DNA of 63,236 nt, the filler included, from Octopus bimaculoides (taxonomy: Eukaryota), in the NCBI RefSeq assembly GCF_001194135.2. It is 7 parts of 7 records of this genome, joined end to end, with 100 filler letters (N's around TTAATTAATTAA, not from the genome) between each part and the next. Parts side by side here need not be neighbours in the genome. Positions count along the whole stretch, not along the records: positions 51,972 to 57,615 come from NC_068982.1; positions 57,716 to 61,866 come from NC_068995.1; positions 61,967 to 63,236 come from NW_026422127.1; 4 more parts are not named here. The stretch is one strand, 5' to 3'. The translations under genes and the position numbers were made by a program. This document shows, one piece after another, positions 53,001 through 63,236 of this stretch. Position 1 is the stretch's first letter. Each line of letters opens with the position of its first letter. Under the pieces are notes generated by a model. It searched no databases. It was not told where the DNA came from and saw only the letters and a program-made list of their open reading frames with translations.

Positions 53001-54437
53001 TGTAGACTGAACAAAGAAAAAATAACTATTCAGAGGAAAAAAGAAAAAAAGAATGGATGTAGGACAAAGCAACAAAAGAAGACAGGAAGAAAGAATGAAA
53101 TTAAGATTTACGTTAAGAAGAGAAAAAAGCAAGAGAGGAGAAAGGAGTAAAGGTAGAATGAAAGGATGAGTGAAAGAACGAAAGAAAAAATAATGAAGGA
53201 TGAAAGAAACAAAGAAAAAAGGGGAAAAAAGAATGAAAATCATTCCTCTGTATATTTCATTCTTTTGTTATTTGTTTTTCATTGAAATATAACCATTAAT
53301 ATGATAATTGGAAGAAACCACTCCAAAATGACAGTTGTGCAATGTAACAACTATGTTTAGTACACACAATTTATTATAGTGTGGGACTGTAAGAAACTGT
53401 TAAGATTCAACTTCACGTCTACTACAAATGTTTCGGCCATCACTTTATGTTATTATAAATCGTGGCTGTTAAGAACCAAACAGAAATAGAAAATCGAAAG
53501 TTTCATATATATATGTTTGTGATATTCTACACTTGACATGTATATCTTTTACTTTTTCTCTTACATCTCTTATTCCTTTTCCTTCTCTTTGATAAAGAGT
53601 GTCACTTGATACGTTAGGCTTTCTTGTGTTTCTTCCACTAGCGTATTATTTTTATTTTAACTAAGATTTTAATGTGTAAGCCTGGGTATAGAAAGAACGC
53701 ACCCTTACATATGACTAAATGACATGGAATAGTAACAAATAAGAGCAAAAGCTTTTCAATGCTACAGAGATGTGTTTTTTTTAACCAAAATTTCTTATGG
53801 AGGTGGTAAGCGGAGGGTGCTGTGAGGATTGAAAAGGAGGCAGATATATTTCCGTGTTTAATAAATTAAGTTAGTTTTAAACTTTAAACCTTGCTTAACA
53901 TCATAACGAAATAAAAAAGATCTTTGCACATTTTGAAAAAAAAAAACTCTAATTTTGACTGCTTCTTCAACTAAATGGAAGAAAATTCTATAGACAAACT
54001 ATATGACTGGATAAACGATTTCAATCCCAGGCCACGATTTGCATTGCACGTTCAAATCTGAACAGTACAGGCTATTTTTTTTTTCTGAATCCTTTCAGTG
54101 AACTGTCGGCAATAATTACCGGGATTTCTGCAAGAGGTGAGGGCGGGGTGGAAATTTAATAGAGTTGATCTAAGGCCCTATTGATACGCAACATTGATCG
54201 CGCAGGGTGAATATTCAATTGAATATTCATCACATTGGTGAATGAGACTAATGAACGTTTTGATAAACATGATGGGTCGTTAACAGTAAAAATGAGTGCC
54301 AATTGCTTCAATAATTGGTTGGTGATATTACGGACATCAATGGCTGACGTTTATTATGAATGTGAATAGGGCCAACGAGGAAGCTGTCACAAGATTCTCG
54401 ACCAGCAAGAAATAAAACACAAATCTCCCTAGAAGCA

Positions 54438-54741
54438 TTGTTGTTGTTGTTGTTGGCACTCCGTCGCTTACGACGACGAGGGTTCCAGTTGATCCGATCA
54501 ACGGAACAGCCTGCTCGTGAAATTAACGTGCAAGTGGCTGAGCACTCCACAGACACGTGTACCCTTAACGTAGTTCTCGGGGATATTCAGCGTGACACAG
54601 TGTGACAAGGCTGACCCTTTGAATTACAGGCACAACAGAAACAGGAAGCAAGAGCGAGAGAAAGTTGTGGTGGAAGAGTACAGCAGGGTTCGCCACCACC
54701 CCCTGCCAGAGCCTCGTGGAGCTTTAGGTGTTTTCGTTCAA
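54438..54741 (-). mobile_element. SINE family 2 copy, head lost in a gap
   Basis: (TTG)n tail followed by GCACTCCGTCGCTTACGAC...; near-identical to the other copies. Confidence 0.85.
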
Positions 54742-56049
54742 NNNNNNNNNNNNNNNNNNNNNNNNNNNNNNNNNNNNNNNNNNNNNNNNNNNNNNNNNNN
54801 NNNNNNNNNNNNNNNNNNNNNNNNNNNNNNNNNNNNNNNNNNNNNNNNNNNNNNNNNNNNNNNNNNNNNNNNNNNNNNNNNNNNNNNNNNNNNNNNNNNN
54901 NNNNNNNNNNNNNNNNNNNNNNNNNNNNNNNNNNNNNNNNNNNNNNNNNNNNNNNNNNNNNNNNNNNNNNNNNNNNNNNNNNNNNNNNNNNNNNNNNNNN
55001 NNNNNNNNNNNNNNNNNNNNNNNNNNNNNNNNNNNNNNNNNNNNNNNNNNNNNNNNNNNNNNNNNNNNNNNNNNNNNNNNNNNNNNNNNNNNNNNNNNNN
55101 NNNNNNNNNNNNNNNNNNNNNNNNNNNNNNNNNNNNNNNNNNNNNNNNNNNNNNNNNNNNNNNNNNNNNNNNNNNNNNNNNNNNNNNNNNNNNNNNNNNN
55201 NNNNNNNNNNNNNNNNNNNNNNNNNNNNNNNNNNNNNNNNNNNNNNNNNNNNNNNNNNNNNNNNNNNNNNNNNNNNNNNNNNNNNNNNNNNNNNNNNNNN
55301 NNNNNNNNNNNNNNNNNNNNNNNNNNNNNNNNNNNNNNNNNNNNNNNNNNNNNNNNNNNNNNNNNNNNNNNNNNNNNNNNNNNNNNNNNNNNNNNNNNNN
55401 NNNNNNNNNNNNNNNNNNNNNNNNNNNNNNNNNNNNNNNATATATATATATATATATATATATATACGACGAGCTTCTTTCAGTTTCCGTCTATCAAATC
55501 CACTCACAAGGCTTTGGTCGGCCTGAGGGTATAGTAGAAGACACTTCACCAAGGTGCTACGCGATAGGACTGAACTCGGAACCATGTGGTTACGGAGCAA
55601 ACTTCTTAATGCAGAACCGTGCCTGCATCTACGCTAGATGTAACAGTTAAATACCTCCCAAAATCACACTGTACTGTCTTTAGAAGTAATGAAAATGACC
55701 AAAAGAAAAAGACAAGATGGTTACTTTTGGGACGTCTAGGATGATATGCCTGCCCGATCAGTAGTGGACTTTTGTTAAACAACACCACAAGGCACTTCGG
55801 AATAATCGTTCAACTTATTAGAAATAGCAGTTAAATCTCATTCGACTGACAACCTATCATTGTTTTAAATGGAAAAAGGCAAATTGAAGATAGGCATCGT
55901 TGTGTGATTAAGAATCTCGCTTTGAGACTAGGCGGTTTCAGGTTCAGTTCCACTGCATGTCATCTTGGGCAAGTGTCTTCTATAATAGCCATGGATCAAC
56001 TAATGTCTTGTGAGTGAATCCAGTTGATGGAAACTGTGTGAAAGCCTGC

Positions 56050-56087
<38 letters not shown>

Positions 56088-56997
56088 TGTGTTTCTGTCT
56101 GTGTCTTTCTCATGCACCACATGAAAACTGGCTTTAGTTTGTTTGCGGCCCCGTAACTTAGCGGTGCAGCAAAAGAAAAGGATAGATTAAGTACGAGATG
56201 CTTTAAAATATAAATACTGGGATCGATTTTATTCGACGGAGACCCTTTTTCAAAGCAGCACCCATAGCATGGCCGCAGTCTAATGACGGAAACAAGTAAA
56301 AGATAAAAGATCAACGCCATAAATTTAAGACAGGAGGGCCACGTATGGAACGTATTTAAGATATAAGTGTTCTCGGTCAGAGCTGATCTGGGGGCTAAGC
56401 NNNNNNNNNNNNNNNNNNNNNNNNNNNNNNNNNNNNNNNNNNNNNNNNNNNNNNNNNNNNNNNNNNNNNNNNNNNNNNNNNNNNNNNNNNNNNNNNNNNN
56501 NNNNNNNNNNNNNNNNNNNNNNNNNNNNNNNNNNNNNNNNNNNNNNNNNNNNNNNNNNNNNNNNNNNNNNNNNNNNNNNNNNNNNNNNNNNNNNNNNNNN
56601 NNNNNNNNNNNNNNNNNNNNNNNNNNNNNNNNNNNNNNNNNNNNNNNNNNNNNNNNNNNNNNNNNNNNNNNNNNNNNNNNNNNNNNNNNNNNNNNNNNNN
56701 NNNNNNNNNNNNNNNNNNNNNNNNNNNNNNNNNNNNNNNNNNNNNNNNNNNNNNNNNNNNNNNNNNNNNNNNNNNNNNNNNNNNNNNNNNNNNNNNNNNN
56801 NNNNNNNNNNNNNNNNNNNNNNNNNNNNNNNNNNNNNNNNNNNNNNNNNNNNNNNNNNNNNNNNNNNNNNNNNNNNNNNNNNNNNNNNNNNNNNNNNNNN
56901 NNNNNNNNNNNNNNNNNNNNNNNNNNNAAATATCTTTTACAAACCAAAATAAAACACAAAAACAAAGAAAAGATTTTTTTTAAAATGAAGCGGATTG

Positions 56998-57071
<74 letters not shown>

Positions 57072-57201
57072 GCCTATCTCTGATGGAAGAGTGTGTGTTA
57101 CATCTTTTGTTTCTTGTTCTTGTTGTTATGGTCGTTGTGGGTCGTAGTATTTCATTATTTTTACTGTTAGTATATTTTACATTTTATTCGTATTTTCGTC
57201 T

Positions 57202-57240
<39 letters not shown>

Positions 57241-57508
57241 TTAGCTGGCAGAGACGAAGCGGCGGTTTCATTTACCATTGTTTGTATATTACACTATGTA
57301 GTAAATGAATATGTACGTCTATGCATGTATGCGTATGTGTGTGTGTGTATAGGCATATTTATATATGTATACATAGTATATATCTTTCCATATGTGTAAG
57401 TATATATGCATATCTACACATACATACATACCTATATACATACATACATACATACATACATACAAACACATATATCTATAACTGCGTACACACACATGCA
57501 CACATATA

Positions 57509-57551
<43 letters not shown>

Positions 57552-57567
57552 GCACAAATGTATATAG

Positions 57568-57615
<48 letters not shown>

Positions 57616-57715
57616 NNNNNNNNNNNNNNNNNNNNNNNNNNNNNNNNNNNNNNNNNNNNTTAATTAATTAANNNNNNNNNNNNNNNNNNNNNNNNNNNNN
57701 NNNNNNNNNNNNNNN
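57616..57715. other. Artificial 100-bp assembly linker
   Basis: 44N + TTAATTAATTAA (57660-57671) + 44N. Confidence 0.93.
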
Positions 57716-57959
<244 letters not shown>

Positions 57960-58185
57960 GTATACACTCAATAGATTAGACTGTTGGAAAAGAAAAGAAT
58001 CCGGTCATTGTGCTACAAGTAGCCTGGGTTATAAGCAAGTAACCTCAGATACCAAGAACCCTTTTAAGTACCCAAACTCTCCCCAATAACACTGGGTTGT
58101 TATGCCTACTTCCTCTATCCATCTGTTCAGATCTTTAGGGATAGTGCCCAGTGCATCTATAACACCTGGGATACATTTTACTCAA
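57960..58185 (-). mobile_element. 3' end of an R4/Dong-type LINE with (TAA)n tail
   Basis: Minus strand CIPGVIDALGTIPKDLNRWIEEVGI...LKRVLGI*, followed by a UTR and (TAA)n at 57816-57958. Confidence 0.75.
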
Positions 58186-58754
58186 ACCGCACGTGACGGG
58201 TATCCTTCAGATTTCGTCTACGAAATTTTGTCGACCTGACTAGAAGAAAGTATTTGCCGAAGGTGCTACGCAACACATACGCACGCACACAGACACACAG
58301 ACGTACAGACACATATACACTTTACTAATATCAGATACTTAATGCGTCTTAATGCAAGATGTATTATGTTAAAAGATACAGTGTATGTCAAAGACAGGTG
58401 AAATGAAACCGCTCGTGACGGGTATCTTTCAGATTTCGTCTACGAAATTTTGTCGACCTGAGAATGTAGAAGAAGGTACTTGCCGAAGGTGCTACGTGGT
58501 GAGACTGAACGCGAGGCTACAAAGTCGGAAAGCAATCTAGCATTCTTTGTTGTGTCTCTTCGGGCTTTGAGTCAAATCCCAGCTATAAAGCAATCAACGC
58601 AGGACTAGGCTTGAATAAACTGACGAACCCACCCCCGCGAATACATAGAAGAAAAAAAGGTCAAAGCAAAACAAAACCAAAATTCTGGCCTTGTGCCGAA
58701 TGTTTGAAATATTCTTCTATTATAATTTCACAAGAACCACCTCCATCTTCCCAA

Positions 58755-58841
58755 CTTCCCAAAACCACCACCAACACCATCACAATAACCACCACGACCA
58801 CTACCACCACCTCCAGCGTCATCAACTTCATCATCATCATG

Positions 58842-58874
<33 letters not shown>

Positions 58875-58875
58875 G

Positions 58876-58938
<63 letters not shown>

Positions 58939-59000
58939 ATGTCACCATCATCGTCATTATCGTCAACGTCATCCTCATCATCGCTGTTGTCGTCAGCGTA
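58755..59000. repeat. (CAC)n/(CAT)n trinucleotide tract
   Basis: Seen directly; source of the poly-His, poly-Ile and poly-Met ORFs. Confidence 0.9.
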
Positions 59001-60227
59001 ATCGGCCTCGTAACTTAGTTACGTGTCAAATAGTATTTCTGAATTTTCGAGGGTGTCCTTTCCTTTGTACCATTGATAATAAATGTCGGTGACCATAGCA
59101 ACAATGTAAGGAATGCTGCAGGTTTGGAGAACGTCTCGTGGGAATATTCCAAGACAGTAGAAGACAACAAAATCAAGAAGAAACAAAAAAAGAGGAAAAG
59201 CAAAAAAAAAAAAAAATGTAATCCGGAAAAAAAAAAAAGAAACCTCTACCAATTTGATCTCAAGCTATTCACCTTTGTCATATAATTACCACCGCTAAAT
59301 AAATACAGACACACATATAGTTTTAGTGTTTGTGTGTGTGTATGTGTGTGGGGAGATGTTTATGTGAGTGTATGTATATGCNNNNNNNNNNNNNNNNNNN
59401 NNNNNNNNNNNNNNNNNNNNNNNNNNNNNNNNNNNNNNNNNNNNNNNNNNNNNNNNNNNNNNNNNNNNNNNNNNNNNNNNNNNNNNNNNNNNNNNNNNNN
59501 NNNNNNNNNNNNNNNNNNNNNNNNNNNNNNNNNNNNNNNNNNNNNNNNNNNNNNNNNNNNNNNNNNNNNNNNNNNNNNNNNNNNNNNNNNNNNNNNNNNN
59601 NNNNNNNNNNNNNNNNNNNNNNNNNNNNNNNNNNNNNNNNNNNNNNNNNNNNNNNNNNNNNNNNNNNNNNNNNNNNNNNNNNNNNNNNNNNNNNNNNNNN
59701 NNNNNNNNNNNNNNNNNNNNNNNNNNNNNNNNNNNNNNNNNNNNNNNNNNNNNNNNNNNNNNNNNNNNNNNNNNNNNNNNNNNNNNNNNNNNNNNNNNNN
59801 NNNNNNNNNNNNNNNNNNNNNNNNNNNNNNNNNNNNNNNNNNNNNNNNNNNNNNNNNNNNNNNNNNNNNNNNNNNNNNNNNNNNNNNNNNNNNNNNNNNN
59901 NNNNNNNNNNNNNNNNNNNNNNNNNNNNNNNNNNNNNNNNNNNNNNNNNNNGATTGCGCGCGTACGTACATATCTGTCGTCTTTTATCTTTTACTTGTCT
60001 AAGTCTTTTCGGCTACGTCCATGCTGGGGTCCCGCCTCGATGGGTTAAGTCTTGTAAGTCGACCCAGTTGCTTAATATTAAGCCTTGTACGTCTTTAATT
60101 AAGCGAACTGCTAAGTTACGGGGACGTTAACGCACCAACATTCTTCGTCAAGTAGTATCGGTGTAGAATTTACAAACACAAAGAATCACACAAATACACA
60201 CTCATGCACACAAACAAAAACGTGCGT

Positions 60228-60288
<61 letters not shown>

Positions 60289-61084
60289 TGCATTTCTCAG
60301 AAAACGAAAGACTTTCTTTGATTGAAGTGGCGCGTTCATTTTTACGTAAGCGGACAGACTGGGTGTTGAAAACTTCGGTTCCAGAACGCCCAAGAACCCA
60401 TTGCATAACAACTTGGCTGATAATAACAGCAAACGGGTATCCTCGTTTTCCTCTGGTGAAAATGATTCAATGGATGCAGATGAGTATTGTAATGTGGCAC
60501 TTAGAAACAGTGGGTTTTCTGATAATACTAAATACGTAGAAGCACTGGGAGAACCCAACGTAGAAATGGAAACAAGAAATGGAATATTTTATGGAACAAC
60601 CTTTCACTTAATCTAACAGTAAAAATTTATATATCTAGAGAATTTCTTGATTTTAGAGAAAATAATTTTCTGCGTGGGCATGACTATAGAAAAATATCGA
60701 ATAAGTGGATTAAAGTTAGTTATTCATCTTGCAAAATTTCGAGTTGAAATACCGCAAAACGAAACAGAAAAGCGTTGCAAATAGCTAGCAAACAAAGAAC
60801 ATGCAGTGGTAGAATTCGTAAAACTGCCTACTAGCCGGTAACCGTGTTATTTCAGATCGTTTTCAGACAGAGGCCTTTCAAAAGAAGATCGGGCCCATCT
60901 TATATAGCAGATGATCGGAAATGAGTACGGGAAATTGGAGCCTTTCGTAGTGTACTGAAGAATACTCTCCATTTATGCTGAATCCTATAATTTACATACA
61001 GAGTAATCACTCGACTATAGCAAGTGTTACGTTCGAAAACCTCCCAAAGAAATAATTAAAATCTAAAAAAACATAAAAGATTAT

Positions 61085-61207
61085 CGGTCGCAGAAATCCG
61101 CGTTATACAGAAGATTCCGCGATATAGATTTACATTTCTTAGGCAGAAAAATCCGCGATGTACTGAGTGCACGATAGGTGAACGGCGATATGGCGAGAGA
61201 GTACTAC
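61085..61207. mobile_element. Probable pogo/Tigger-type MITE terminus
   Basis: Repeated AATCCGCGAT sub-terminal motifs ending GTGAACGGCGATATGGCGAGAGAGTACT, resembling recalled Tigger-like ends; the other end was not identified. Confidence 0.45.
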
Positions 61208-61249
61208 AGATATATATATATACATACAGAGAAAGAGAGACATGGTGTA

Positions 61250-61320
<71 letters not shown>

Positions 61321-61486
61321 ACTGTGCTGCAGTAAAACAGAAATAAGTATATCGAAAGCGAAAGGGAGACAGTCCAGTACAGAGAAAGTAAATAGGTAAT
61401 TCAAAGGAAATGAGTTTATTGAAAGTAGAACATGCATATCTAAGGAAAATTTTAAAAATATAACAATAATAATATTGATAATAATG

Positions 61487-61563
<77 letters not shown>

Positions 61564-61744
61564 TACAACAACAACAACAATAAGAGTGCAAATAAGATGA
61601 AGATGGCACCGTTAATCATGTTTGGCATTTGGCTTTGAATAGAGGTGGGAGTGCGTGTGTTTAGTGAATGAAATGTAAGAGAACAAAGATAGAAGAAAAA
61701 GAGGCAATCATAAAAAGGAAACTAAAGTAGTTTAAAAAGAATAT

Positions 61745-61837
<93 letters not shown>

Positions 61838-61866
61838 TTACTACTACTACTACTACTACTATTATT

Positions 61867-61966
61867 NNNNNNNNNNNNNNNNNNNNNNNNNNNNNNNNNN
61901 NNNNNNNNNNTTAATTAATTAANNNNNNNNNNNNNNNNNNNNNNNNNNNNNNNNNNNNNNNNNNNN
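61867..61966. other. Artificial 100-bp assembly linker
   Basis: 44N + TTAATTAATTAA (61911-61922) + 44N. Confidence 0.93.
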
Positions 61967-62289
61967 ACCTTCATAACAATACAAATATAATTTTGCATCT
62001 ATCTCTATACTTATCCATCTATACACACATACACGCACAAACACATAATCTCATACACACACCCTCTTGCATACAAGCACACACACACACACCCTCATGC
62101 ATACAAGCACACACACACATCCACACATAGACATACGTACAAACACCCTCTTGCATACTAGCACAAACACACACACACACACGTGCACATAAAAAAGAAC
62201 TGTATGTTGCTTCAACAACATTCTATGATATGCACATATGTTGCAAGATATTGATTAGATATTGTACAAGTTACAAAGTACTACCCAAA

Positions 62290-63236
62290 CATTACACATG
62301 CTGCACTCTTCAGACTAAACAAAATATGTTGCAGTGTACAGACTAAACACTGCATATGTTGTGCTGCACACCACTGTACAGACTTAATGCTAGACATGTT
62401 GCTGTGTACGGATTCAATATCACATATGTTGCAGTTTACAGACCAAATTCTACATATGTTGCAGCACATAGACCAAACACCAAATATGTTGTGCTGTATN
62501 NNNNNNNNNNNNNNNNNNNNNNNNNNNNNNNNNNNNNNNNNNNNNNNNNAAACATCACATATGTTTCAATGTACAGACTAAACACTACATATGTTGCAGT
62601 GAACAATCTAAACACTACACATGTTGTGCCATACGGACTAAACACTACATATGCTGCAGTGTACAATATAAACACCACATATGCTGTAGCGTACAGACTA
62701 AACACTGCATATGCTACAGTATATAGTCTCAACATCACATATGATGCACTGTACAGACTAAACACTACATAAGTACCACATATGTTTAGTACTAGGTTTA
62801 CAAAGAATGAGACTTGGGGTTGATTTGTTCAACTAAACACCACATATGTTGTACTGAACGGACTAAACATGACATAAGCTGCAGTATACAGTCTAAACAT
62901 CACATATGTTGCACTGTACAGACTAAACACTACATATGCTGCAGTCTACAATCTAAACACCACATATGTTGTACTGCATGGACTAAACACAACATATGCT
63001 GTAGTGTACAGTTTAAACATCACATACGTTGCATTGTACAGACTGAACATTACATATGTTACAGCATATAGACTAAACATCAAATACGTTTCAATGTACA
63101 GGCAAAACACTACATATGCTGCAGTGTACAAACTAAGCACCACATGTGTTGTACAGAACAAACACTACACATGTTGCAATGTACAAACAAATATACTGCG
63201 TATGTGGCACTGTACAGACTAAACATGCATGGATTA
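62290..63236. repeat. 30-bp minisatellite, consensus CAGACTAAACACTACATATGTTGCAGTGTA
   Basis: About 28 diverged units visible, running to the window end; explains the 10-aa periodic ORFs. Confidence 0.9.

Noticed and set aside
52569-53243. 224-aa Phe/Leu/Ser-rich 'membrane protein' ORF
   Set aside because: Reverse strand of a purine-rich low-complexity duplication; stop codons are absent for compositional reasons.
58184-58496. ~87-bp direct repeat pair (58184-58270, 58406-58496)
   Set aside because: A local duplication of a decayed family 3 SINE fragment, not an LTR pair.
58611-59092. Poly-His / poly-Ile / poly-Met ORFs
   Set aside because: A (CAT)n tract read in three frames; no splice or domain context.

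Overview
AT-rich, microsatellite- and SINE-dense eukaryotic DNA from a gappy short-read assembly. It is most likely an octopus (inference from the tRNA-derived SINE families and repeat density). Six identical artificial 100-bp linkers (44N + TTAATTAATTAA + 44N) split the window into seven pieces whose adjacency is not guaranteed. The only host gene I can support is a 9-exon, 322-codon internal fragment of talin on the minus strand (32622->24482: end of FERM F2, F3, head-rod linker, start of rod R1), incomplete at both ends. Almost all other ORFs in the track are microsatellite or N-run artefacts. The rest is decayed mobile DNA: an R4/Dong-type RLE LINE flanked by (TAA)n plus three more fragments beside (TAA)n, an RTE LINE remnant, mariner remnants, a piggyBac-type MITE and at least five SINE families. 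The most interesting signal is two families of short Penelope-like termini that fold into minimal type-I hammerhead ribozyme shapes with a loop-less ACGU stem III; one has a variant catalytic core. Also notable are a perfect 151-bp inverted repeat, a 70-nt pre-miRNA-like hairpin and several other palindromes. No CRISPR, rRNA or intact tRNA gene is supported.
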